DNA of 64,000 bases, from the IMG/VR virus record IMGVR_UViG_3300035659_000001; one strand, written 5' to 3'. Below, piece by piece: positions 1-8,459 of this stretch. Numbering within the stretch: position 1 is the first letter of the stretch; the number at the start of each line of letters is the position of its first letter. Both the position numbers and the translations under genes were made by a program. This DNA comes from a virus (taxonomy: Duplodnaviria; Heunggongvirae; Uroviricota; Caudoviricetes). The notes beneath the pieces were generated by a model. That model did no database searches, was not told where the DNA came from, and saw only the letters and a program-made list of their open reading frames with translations.

Positions 1-888
1 GCAGATGATGTAGTAATAACTGCTGCAGTGACTAGAGTTGTTGGCAGTAAAGGTGATTTTATTGTTAAGCTTGTTGCAGAAGTTGAAGAGAATATCAGAG
101 GAGTGATTGTGTTTTATACAAATAGATATATAGTCACTTCTAAGCATATATATGATGATAGTGGTAAAAAAATATATGACTTTAAAATAAAAAGTGCGAC
201 AGTTGGCATGTGCGATGTTTTTAATCAAAAGCCAATAGTTGCTGAATTAGTTAACAAGAGATTAGAGTTTTTTGATTTACAGCATAATCTTCTTAGTGCT
301 ATTGAAGCTGAAGACATGATGGGCTACAATGGTATGGTTTATTCTATGAATAATGGCAAATTAATAGAAAACAGTTTCGAGTTATTTGGTAAGAAAATAA
401 TTCATTCAACAATTGAAGTATGTAATGTTGGAAAATCATACAAGGCATTTAGAGGTGTAGTTGTGCAAGATGTATTTATAAAATGTAGGATTGCAATACC
501 ATTTGAAAGAAAATCTTGCATAAATATTCATATTAATGAGTTAGATGGTCATCGTATTATTGATGCTAGATATGATAAATATGTATGTATAGTAATGTCT
601 GAAAAGCACGGAAAATATACGAAAACAATAATTTATTTTAATAATGATCATTCAAGTCATACATTGAAGCAAGAAGAAATTAGTGCTTTTTGTTCAGTCA
701 ATTTTGTCGTATTACCGAACAAATTAGCAATAGCAATTGATGATGAAAAGTTGTCTATATTTACTGAGAAAAGTGTAAAAGAAATAACTACGAATTTGCC
801 GTTAGATGTTTCAATGAGATTACATCATCAAGACATGCAGCCATTATTTGTTGATGGTAACAAATTATATTCAGTATCAATGAAGTAA
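1..888 (+). CDS. 5'-truncated beta-rich hypothetical protein, possibly the C-terminal domain of a phage Ser/Thr-kinase-like protein
   Basis: Frame 1 is open from base 1, so the gene starts upstream of the window. GVVVQDV...ELDGHRIIDARYD resembles, from memory only, C-termini of kinase-like proteins found near vWA genes. No kinase motifs lie inside the window. Confidence 0.35.
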   Translation, partial: ADDVVITAAVTRVVGSKGDFIVKLVAEVEENIRGVIVFYTNRYIVTSKHIYDDSGKKIYDFKIKSATVGMCDVFNQKPIVAELVNKRLEFFDLQHNLLSAIEAEDMMGYNGMVYSMNNGKLIENSFELFGKKIIHSTIEVCNVGKSYKAFRGVVVQDVFIKCRIAIPFERKSCINIHINELDGHRIIDARYDKYVCIVMSEKHGKYTKTIIYFNNDHSSHTLKQEEISAFCSVNFVVLPNKLAIAIDDEKLSIFTEKSVKEITTNLPLDVSMRLHHQDMQPLFVDGNKLYSVSMK

Positions 889-954
889 GATGTATGGACA
901 TAATTAAAATAAATAGTTCTATAATTATAAATGATGTTGTAAAGGAGCTTTTAT

Positions 955-1158
955 ATGATAGGTGTGTTTTTCTGTCGGCTGTTCGGGCATTCGTTTTATA
1001 CTGGTAGTTTGGGTTTGTGGAAAAATACTGGTCATAATTTTATATGCCGTCGCTGTGGAATCACTTCAAGGAGCTTCAAAACGCACTGGATATTGTGGAG
1101 GCTCCTTTACACAGCATACAACAAAGCAATGGTGCTATGGGCTAAAGCCAAATGCTAA
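955..1158 (+). CDS. small Cys/His protein (DUF1660-like)
   Basis: AAGGAG RBS upstream; CRLFGH...CRRCG pattern. Confidence 0.55.
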   Translation: MIGVFFCRLFGHSFYTGSLGLWKNTGHNFICRRCGITSRSFKTHWILWRLLYTAYNKAMVLWAKAKC

Positions 1159-1238
1159 TGCACTTCACCATTGCTCGGACGTTAATGATTTAAAAATGTA
1201 TTATAATGAAGTGAAACATCATATAATTTTTAGGTTAG

Positions 1239-1499
1239 ATGATTAATATAATTGGTATTGGCTATAAAGAATGTAGTCATTTTTTAAGAAACATTGGTTT
1301 TACTGGTTTTGCGATATTAGATAAACACGTTATTTCGATGCTTAATTTGTTGGGATGTAATGTACAAAAACCAAGAAATAAAAAAGAATATAAAGAAGTT
1401 GAGCAAAAGATGATTGATTTTGCAAAGTATATTGAGTTAAATATTGATCATTTAGATTTGGTTTTTTGGTCATATAAAACTGGAGAGATAATTAAGTGA
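1239..1499 (+). pseudogene. ogg: C-terminal half of an Ogg2-type 8-oxoguanine DNA glycosylase/AP lyase
   Basis: GIGYKECSHFLRN (HhH plus catalytic Lys), AILDKH (catalytic Asp), LDLVFW..KTGEIIK C-terminus. In-frame stops at 1236 (TAG) and 1224 (TAA) mean the N-terminal half is absent. Confidence 0.75.
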
Positions 1500-1831
1500 C
1501 GATGAAATGTGACATGATATATAAAGATTTTCGTCAACTATTATCTATTGACAAAGCAGGACAGAATATAGTAGTTTATGATGACACATGCAAGTTGACA
1601 TTGCAAGTGTTAGCTGAGAATTATTTGACACAATTTTGTAGTGATGTTTTGAGAATAAGTTTGATTGATTGTGATGTTACATTAAATCTGTCAGATCAAA
1701 AAACGTTTTCACTTTCACATTTTATTACTAAACAATCTCTACAAATTAATAAATTTAACTTTATATTGAGTGAGCAAGAACAACTGTCACAAAAACAAAA
1801 ATTTTCAAATCGACCTTTTAGTTTTGAATAA
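1496..1831 (+). CDS. hypothetical protein
   Basis: ORF overlapping the upstream stop; no motif recognised. Confidence 0.5.
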   Translation: MTMKCDMIYKDFRQLLSIDKAGQNIVVYDDTCKLTLQVLAENYLTQFCSDVLRISLIDCDVTLNLSDQKTFSLSHFITKQSLQINKFNFILSEQEQLSQKQKFSNRPFSFE

Positions 1832-1832
1832 T

Positions 1833-2495
1833 ATGCTAAATATTGATAATGATGTTTATTCACTATCTCTGTCTTTATCTAAGATTGTTAAAAATCAATC
1901 AGAATTAAATAATATATTGTTTGTTTACAAGCTGTCAAAGTATATTCGACTTACACAATTTAAGCAAGATGATGATTACTTTGAAACAGCAATTAAAACG
2001 TTATTACAACTTATCAAGAAAAACATTGCTGATTCAATCTTAGCATTATTAATATCATACATTACTGAAAATTCGCCAATTTTTTCTGAAGAAGATATAA
2101 TTGCTTATTTTGGTCAAGATGTAAATGAAACAGTTAAAAAATTAAACACTATTCAAACTATTGTTGATTCTAATGCAAAAATAACTCAAGTTAAAAAACA
2201 AAAATATTGTAAAGAGTTTTCAGAAAATATTATATCAATAAGGGCTTCATTAGTCCTTGCTTATCTTCAAGTGTCAAGTCTTGATAATGTCAAATCTTAT
2301 CCTATTAAGGTTCATAAACGGTATATTCCTATATTTAGCATATATCCTAATGTATCTGAATTTGTTTCAAATAAATTGAAGAAATGGCTAATACGTCAAG
2401 TCAATAAACACTACCTGCAAAATAAATCTGGTTCAACGCCTAAGCTTTTTGATACTCATGAAATGCTCAAATATTATTCAATAATAAACAAATAA
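1833..2495 (+). CDS. degenerate RelA/SpoT-type HD (ppGpp hydrolase-like) domain protein
   Basis: EEDIIAYFGQDVNETVKKL and IISIRASLVL align by eye with the RSH N-terminal hydrolase helices. The catalytic H, HD and D residues are absent. Start taken at ATG 1833. Confidence 0.45.
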   Translation: MLNIDNDVYSLSLSLSKIVKNQSELNNILFVYKLSKYIRLTQFKQDDDYFETAIKTLLQLIKKNIADSILALLISYITENSPIFSEEDIIAYFGQDVNETVKKLNTIQTIVDSNAKITQVKKQKYCKEFSENIISIRASLVLAYLQVSSLDNVKSYPIKVHKRYIPIFSIYPNVSEFVSNKLKKWLIRQVNKHYLQNKSGSTPKLFDTHEMLKYYSIINK

Positions 2496-2592
2496 TTGTA
2501 AATTTTAAAAATTTGTTGATAAAGTATTTTATTATTACAATAAAATGAAAGGAGGATATTGTCAATAGTTAAAATGCATTAGATTAATTTAC

Positions 2593-2668
2593 TGACTGAT
2601 TAAAGGTCAAAAAACAAAATTGTTATACTGAATAAAAGGTATAACACAACCGAACTGAATAAAGGTTC
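2593..2668 (+). promoter_or_regulatory. three tandem hairpins with a conserved TGAWTAAA(A)G loop in the leader of gene 2688
   Basis: TGAC-tgattaaag-GTCA; TGTTATAC-tgaataaaag-GTATAACA; GAAC-tgaataaag-GTTC. Confidence 0.65.
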
Positions 2669-2687
2669 AAAAACAAGGAGATTAAGA

Positions 2688-3629
2688 ATGTTTACGAATG
2701 AAGTTTTAAAATCCCGCATAGAGCAAGCCGCAAATATTATTAGACCATTTTTCAAAGAAACAGATCCCGTTCAAGCGATTGATAACATACTTCAAAAATT
2801 GGGTATTGACGACACTGATCTTGGAATTCAAATATTAGAATCTGCAGCAGTTTCAATTGATGACGTTGAAAAATTGAAATCCTCAATTGTAGCTATTTCA
2901 GTTATTCCGGGGCCAAGATTGAAAATAATGTTGTTGATATTAAAGGGTATTGATCCATTTAAACAAAAAGAAGTTGAAATGCCGCATAATGTTGATGTAG
3001 TTAGTGTTGTTATGAAGCAATTGGAAATGCAAAAACCGATTGGTCAATGGTCTGATACAGATTTATTACATAAGTATGATAAAGATACATCTTTTGAAAT
3101 AGTTGAAGAATTACGAAAGAGGTCTAAAGATAGACCATGCATTGTATTTTTTGATTATAACAATAAAAAAATTGACATTGACACATCACTAGTATTGTTA
3201 CGTCAAGCAAGATATGCACTAACTCCGTCAACGTTTGAAGTTGCTGGTAAAATTTGCAAGGTATATGCTGTTGGTGAATTTCCAATGGATGTACTTTATG
3301 AATGCCCAGTTCATTCTAATGTTTTACTGACTGACGGTTATTGTGAAGAATGTGGCATTAAATGGCCTAATTTTGAGAAAAACAAGAAAAAATATGCATT
3401 TATTCGATTGATGTCACAAATTGAAAAAGTGCAGCCAACTGCTATTAGAGCATATTCAGAAGATGATTCAGAAGACCGTTACATACTTGAAGAGTTGAAA
3501 AGTCATTATCCTAAAATAATGCTTAAATTTCAAGAGCTGGAAGAAACTGACAGTCTTCCTGTTATGAAACGAAGATTATCTTCAACTAAAAACGGTGATC
3601 CTTTTAGAGTAATACATAAACAATACTAA
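2688..3629 (+). CDS. hypothetical protein with a CPVH-x9-CxEC-x2-KWP zinc ribbon
   Basis: AAGGAG RBS; motif at 3303-3368. Confidence 0.75.
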   Translation: MFTNEVLKSRIEQAANIIRPFFKETDPVQAIDNILQKLGIDDTDLGIQILESAAVSIDDVEKLKSSIVAISVIPGPRLKIMLLILKGIDPFKQKEVEMPHNVDVVSVVMKQLEMQKPIGQWSDTDLLHKYDKDTSFEIVEELRKRSKDRPCIVFFDYNNKKIDIDTSLVLLRQARYALTPSTFEVAGKICKVYAVGEFPMDVLYECPVHSNVLLTDGYCEECGIKWPNFEKNKKKYAFIRLMSQIEKVQPTAIRAYSEDDSEDRYILEELKSHYPKIMLKFQELEETDSLPVMKRRLSSTKNGDPFRVIHKQY

Positions 3630-3634
3630 AAAAT

Positions 3635-3660
3635 AATGCAGCTCTAAGTAGAGCTGCATT
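3635..3660 (+). terminator. intercistronic 11-bp hairpin (terminator or processing site)
   Basis: AATGCAGCTCT-aagt-AGAGCTGCATT; weak U-tract. Confidence 0.55.
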
Positions 3661-3681
3661 AAATTTTGAAGGGATGAAATT

Positions 3682-4875
3682 ATGATTTCAAGAGATGCAT
3701 TGGGTTTTGCTGTAACTAAAAATATGAATCGAATAATGAATATAAATGGTCATTATGTGTCAATAATGAGAACTGATAAAGTTGATAATCATAATGGTAA
3801 TTTGCCTCCTGGCATTCCAATTCCATGTTTACCTGTAGATTATCTTAAGAATAGACCAAATTTTTGGATTGGTGGTCAAGGATCGTATGTATGTCCCATT
3901 GAATCAGATTGGGCACTGTGGTTTAACTGGGAAATGAATAAACGAGATATTGCAATATTGACATCAGTGAAAGGCATGAATCCTATAACTGGTCAACGAA
4001 TTGACGGGCTTGGATTGGAACAATATATGAATAAATGTCCTGTTCATGATATACAATTTAAATATGGTAAGTTTTGTTCTGAATGTAATTTTAAATGGCC
4101 AGAACAAAATTATGTTGCAGATCCTTGCAAGTTTTATCTTGATGGATTTAGATCGTCTGATGGCGAAGTTAGACAATTTTATTTTACTGAAGATATGATG
4201 AAGTCAATTCCTGAGCTTGTTATTGGCAAAGAAGACACTATGCCTGCTTTTGGATTTTGTTTTTATTCATTAAAAGATAAAAAAGTTAAGTTTGAAAACG
4301 GAAAAAGATTAAAAAATATATGGCCAACTGAACAAGAGTCTGCACGGACATTTGGTGTTACAGGATCAATGGGTATGCGTGGATATACAGGATTTAAGGG
4401 ATCATCAGGAGTTTGTGGGTCCGATGCTCGATCAAAATGTAGCAGAAAGTCTTTACCGCACTCTGCTACGCCCGGCATATATTACAGTTCACTTTATATG
4501 AGTGATGACAGTGTGCACGACATGAGTGATAGTAATTCATCTTCAACAATTGATGATACAATTGGTAGCACTATATGTGCTATGCCAGTGGCTGCTGCAG
4601 AGGCTTTTGAAATAAAGACGTCTAGCGGTTTAATATTAGAAGAGCGGGAACGATCGATAGATGCTAGTGTTGGTATTGGTGCAGGTGAAAAAATACGGCA
4701 AATGATTGAAAAAGATATGAGGTCAATAAAAGCTTGGCAAGATGAACCATCTGGTATTATAAGAATTTACTTTGTTTTTCGCGAGCAATTTGAAAGATTT
4801 GTTGAAGATGGATTAAACAATTTGACTGGGTGCAAAGAATCATTTTTGGATTCATTACCAGTAGGAGGAAAATAA
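3682..4875 (+). CDS. uncharacterised conserved protein with a CPVH zinc ribbon and a short Gly-X-Y patch
   Basis: LPPG, ALWFNW, NPITG, QNYV, LDGF, VRQF and GIGAGEKIRQ blocks; zinc ribbon at 4036-4101. Confidence 0.75.
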   Translation: MISRDALGFAVTKNMNRIMNINGHYVSIMRTDKVDNHNGNLPPGIPIPCLPVDYLKNRPNFWIGGQGSYVCPIESDWALWFNWEMNKRDIAILTSVKGMNPITGQRIDGLGLEQYMNKCPVHDIQFKYGKFCSECNFKWPEQNYVADPCKFYLDGFRSSDGEVRQFYFTEDMMKSIPELVIGKEDTMPAFGFCFYSLKDKKVKFENGKRLKNIWPTEQESARTFGVTGSMGMRGYTGFKGSSGVCGSDARSKCSRKSLPHSATPGIYYSSLYMSDDSVHDMSDSNSSSTIDDTIGSTICAMPVAAAEAFEIKTSSGLILEERERSIDASVGIGAGEKIRQMIEKDMRSIKAWQDEPSGIIRIYFVFREQFERFVEDGLNNLTGCKESFLDSLPVGGK

Positions 4876-5624
4876 TGAATAAAATAGATTTATTATTTAT
4901 TGTTGATGTTACAGGTTCAATGGGAGGGTTTATAAATGATGCTAAATGTAAGATGCAAAACATGTTAACATCATTATGTCAAGAGACAAATAGTTACAAT
5001 AATAATAATGGATTGTTGTTGCCTACAATAGATTTAAAAGTTGGATTAAGTGTATATAGAGATCATCCGTCACAAGAAGAGACTTTTGTGACAGTGACAT
5101 TTGACTTAAATAATGTTGAAACAATATCTGATACAATATCTAAAATTACAGTTAGAGGTGGCGGTGATATTCCAGAAGCAGTGATTGACGGCATTATTGA
5201 CGGCATAAATAATATGAGTTGGCGTGAAGATAGTAGAAGAATTGCTTTTTTAATTGGAGATGCACCAGCACATGGTATGATGTCGTATGAAGATTGTTGT
5301 TTATGTGGTAAAACATGGGGTGATGCTATTAATGTTGCGCAAGAAAAGAATGTTATTATTTATGCAATTAGTTTAATTGTGAATAAATATACATCATTAT
5401 GTTTTAAGACGTTAGCTAATTTTACTGGCGGAATATTAATAGAAGATACAGATGCAATGAATGCAATTGTCAAGACGCTTAAGTCTGAATTTGACAATAT
5501 TAATTTAGATTCTAAAATTTTAGATATGTTGTCAAAGGGTCGTACCGAAGATGAGATTAGCGGTTTATTGAAAATTGACAGAGACGATGTTGTAGTATCA
5601 AAATCAAGAATTGCTCAGTACTAG
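4875..5624 (+). CDS. von Willebrand factor A domain protein with possible C-terminal HTH
   Basis: MIDAS DVTGSM, YRDH, GGGDIPEA, IGDAP. TAATG coupling and AGGAGG RBS place the start at 4875. Confidence 0.9.
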   Translation: MNKIDLLFIVDVTGSMGGFINDAKCKMQNMLTSLCQETNSYNNNNGLLLPTIDLKVGLSVYRDHPSQEETFVTVTFDLNNVETISDTISKITVRGGGDIPEAVIDGIIDGINNMSWREDSRRIAFLIGDAPAHGMMSYEDCCLCGKTWGDAINVAQEKNVIIYAISLIVNKYTSLCFKTLANFTGGILIEDTDAMNAIVKTLKSEFDNINLDSKILDMLSKGRTEDEISGLLKIDRDDVVVSKSRIAQY

Positions 5625-5645
5625 CATTTTTATTTAAGTATTTTG

Positions 5646-5679
5646 AAAGGGCTGACAATTTGTCGGTCCTTTTATTTTT
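5646..5679 (+). terminator. intrinsic terminator
   Basis: AAAGGGCTGACA-att-TGTCGGTCCTTT followed by a T-rich tail. Confidence 0.75.
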
Positions 5680-5731
5680 GCTTTATATCTGCACACTTAA
5701 AAAGTTGATCTACAATTTACAAGGAGATTAT

Positions 5732-6460
5732 ATGTTAACAAGAGATAGTTTATTAACTGTTGCAGGTGTTTCAGAACCACCATCATCTACAATATTACCG
5801 TTTTCGCATATTCATCCAAAAGCACATTTAACTACAAAACATATAGTTTCTAAAGGTGGAGTTTCTACGCCAGTTTTTGACAATATTAAAGAGCAAAGTG
5901 CATCTTCAGGAGATGCACCACTTTTATTAATAAATATACCCATGAGTATGAGTTTAAATGAAGGTGATGATTTGTTTTTATCTGCTGCTGCTTATGGTAG
6001 TGAACCTTTAAATTATCAATGGAAGAAAAACAATATTGATATTACTGGTGCAACAAGTTCTGTTTATCAAAAATTTAATGTTCAAGCAAGTGATGAAGCT
6101 GCTTATAAATGTGTAGTTACAAATGTTTATGGTTCAACTGTAAGTCATGTATGTGAAGTTACTGTTGTTACTGCTGTTACTCAGTATACAGTTGATTTTA
6201 CTGCTGGAGCTGGTGGAAGCATTAGCGGAAGCACAAGTCAACTTGTTGATGAGGGTGATGATTGTACTGCTGTTGAAGCTATGCCAAATGAAGGATATGA
6301 ATTTAATGGTTGGACTGAAGATGTTACAAGTTCTGAGAATCCATTAACAGTTCATAATGTGGTGACAAATATGAATATTACAGCAAATTTTATATTAATA
6401 CCACCAGTGGGACCTAATATGAATGTGCTTAATTATTATTATAATCAAATGAATGAATAA
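5732..6460 (+). CDS. Ig-like plus InlB-B/Flg_new-type repeat protein, probably virion-associated
   Basis: PLNYQWKKN...YKCVVTNVYG (Ig I-set); AMPNEGYEFNGW..NMNITANF repeat; AAGGAG RBS before 5732. Confidence 0.8.
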   Translation: MLTRDSLLTVAGVSEPPSSTILPFSHIHPKAHLTTKHIVSKGGVSTPVFDNIKEQSASSGDAPLLLINIPMSMSLNEGDDLFLSAAAYGSEPLNYQWKKNNIDITGATSSVYQKFNVQASDEAAYKCVVTNVYGSTVSHVCEVTVVTAVTQYTVDFTAGAGGSISGSTSQLVDEGDDCTAVEAMPNEGYEFNGWTEDVTSSENPLTVHNVVTNMNITANFILIPPVGPNMNVLNYYYNQMNE

Positions 6461-8343
6461 TGCAACCATTAATTGAAAATAGAGATTACGGTACGTCTGG
6501 TTTAGATCAACTTGAAAAACAGTATGTTAGTCTACCAGACATGTTACAAAAACAAGTCAAACGACAATTTAAAAATAGAGTAAAGGAGTCAAACATGAGC
6601 AATGTTGAAAAAATTGCTACAGAGATTTTGGCTGCAGAAGAGAAAGAGGCAGTGTCGCCAAAAGGATGGAAGGGAACCACTGAGGCTATGAAATCGCATA
6701 AAAATATTACAAACCCATGGGCATTATGTTTTACTGCAGATACAAAAGTTCCATTGTTAGATGGTAGAGTATTAACAATGATTGAATTGGTTAAAGAATT
6801 TGGAAACGATAAAGATACTTATGTTTATTCGTATGACATTGAAAATGATAAAGTTGTTGTTGGTCGAGCATTTAATTTTCATAAAACTGCAGAAAACGCT
6901 AATGTGCTTGAAATAGAATTAGACAATGGACAGAAAATAAAATGCACATTATTTCATAAATTTTTAATGCAAGATGGATCATATAAAGAAGCAAAAAATT
7001 TAAAGTCAAACGATTCATTAATGCCAATTTATTTTGACAGGCATGAAGGATCATTTTGTCAAGATTATAAAAGAGTGTGGTCAAAAGATGGTAAAAAACA
7101 TTTTGTTCATCGTATAGTTGCTGCATATAATTTTGGTAAAGAATGGCAATCTGGGTTTATTAATCATCATTATGACTTTAATAAAGACAATAATCATCCA
7201 GAAAATATTAAAATCATGACAGCTAGTGATCATTCTAAATTTCATAGACAACAAGATGGTGCTAAGCATTTAATAGAATATATTAGATCTGAAAAAGGAC
7301 GAAAAATGTCGTCTATTAATGGCAAGAAAAACATGAAAAAATTATGGCAAGAGCAAAGAGAACAACAAATTGAAAATTGTAAAAAAAATGGGCAATTAGG
7401 CGCAGAAACAGGAAGAAAAGCATTGTTAAAATTTAATAATTCACAAAAAACTAAAGATGCTGTTGCTGAAAGAACTCTTAATGGTTCAATGACAAAAGGT
7501 AAAATTACAAAAATAGCAGCAAAAATAATTTCTTTAGGATTAGATGTTAATGAAGCGACTTGGAGTGAGCACAAAGGATATGCTTCAAGCCCTAATTTTA
7601 GTACGGCTATTGAATTATTTAATGATGTAGAAACATTAAAAAAATACGCAAAAGACAGAAGTTTATATGGCAGTATGATAAAGTCTAGAATTTTAAAAGT
7701 TGCAAAAAGAATATTAGATGCTGTACTTCCAATTAATGAAGACTCCTGGGAACGATTTAGACGAACCAGAAAGAATCCGCCATTTGATAAAGCAATAGAA
7801 AAATTTGGATCTATTGACAATATTGTTTTTGAGACTGAAAAAAGACATAATATGATTGTAAATCATAAAGTTATTAATGTTAGATTGATTGATATTAAAG
7901 AAGATGTTTATGATTTTACAGTTGATAAATATCACAATTTTGCGCTTGATGCAGGTGTTTTTGTTCATAATAGTTGGTGGATGAGTAAGAAAAAACCTGG
8001 AGAATCATGGGGCAAAGGTGGAAAATTAACTAAAAAGCCAGAGCCTCATTATAAAGAGAAAAAATCTTTTGATGAAAAAGTTTCAGCTATTATTGAAATG
8101 GTAGAACCAGCAGAAGTATCTGTAGAAGAATTTTCTTTGCCAATGGTTGATTCAACAAAAAAATATTCTACTGAAGATTCAATAAAAACTGATGATGGAT
8201 ATATCACTATCAAATCTAATTATGATGAAAAAAATGGTGAGCCATTATTGGAAGAATATATTGTTGACAAAAATGGAGATGTCGAAACATATAATGATGT
8301 TGAATCATTTGCTCAAAGATTAATAAGTGAAGGATTGTTGTAA
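6460..8343 (+). CDS. small hypothetical (probable head) protein interrupted by an HNH-containing intein
   Basis: Exteins ...NPWAL | SWWMSKK...; alternative start at 6595 with AAGGAG RBS. Confidence 0.85.
   Translation: MQPLIENRDYGTSGLDQLEKQYVSLPDMLQKQVKRQFKNRVKESNMSNVEKIATEILAAEEKEAVSPKGWKGTTEAMKSHKNITNPWALCFTADTKVPLLDGRVLTMIELVKEFGNDKDTYVYSYDIENDKVVVGRAFNFHKTAENANVLEIELDNGQKIKCTLFHKFLMQDGSYKEAKNLKSNDSLMPIYFDRHEGSFCQDYKRVWSKDGKKHFVHRIVAAYNFGKEWQSGFINHHYDFNKDNNHPENIKIMTASDHSKFHRQQDGAKHLIEYIRSEKGRKMSSINGKKNMKKLWQEQREQQIENCKKNGQLGAETGRKALLKFNNSQKTKDAVAERTLNGSMTKGKITKIAAKIISLGLDVNEATWSEHKGYASSPNFSTAIELFNDVETLKKYAKDRSLYGSMIKSRILKVAKRILDAVLPINEDSWERFRRTRKNPPFDKAIEKFGSIDNIVFETEKRHNMIVNHKVINVRLIDIKEDVYDFTVDKYHNFALDAGVFVHNSWWMSKKKPGESWGKGGKLTKKPEPHYKEKKSFDEKVSAIIEMVEPAEVSVEEFSLPMVDSTKKYSTEDSIKTDDGYITIKSNYDEKNGEPLLEEYIVDKNGDVETYNDVESFAQRLISEGLL
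6727..7971 (+). mobile_element. intein (415 aa) with HNH homing endonuclease
   Basis: Block A CFTADTKV, block B CTLFHKF, block F VYDFTV..YHNF, block G VFVHN followed by +1 Ser; HNH VHRIVA...HHYDFNKDNNHPENI...H. Confidence 0.95.
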
Positions 8344-8365
8344 ATTTTTAATAATTTTATAGGCG

Positions 8366-8398
8366 AAAGCTCATACTATTTAGTGTGGGCTTTTTTTT
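8366..8398 (+). terminator. intrinsic terminator
   Basis: AAAGCTCATACTA-tt-TAGTGTGGGCTTT then a T-run. Confidence 0.8.
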
Positions 8399-8459
8399 GC
8401 AAAGTAATTGTTACTTTATCACTCAACAAATAAAATAGAATTAAAAAAGGATGTGACAA

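Noticed and set aside
962-1246. 94-aa ORF as the missing Ogg N-terminus
   Set aside because: No resemblance to Ogg helices; it overlaps the better supported 955-1158 ORF, which has an RBS.
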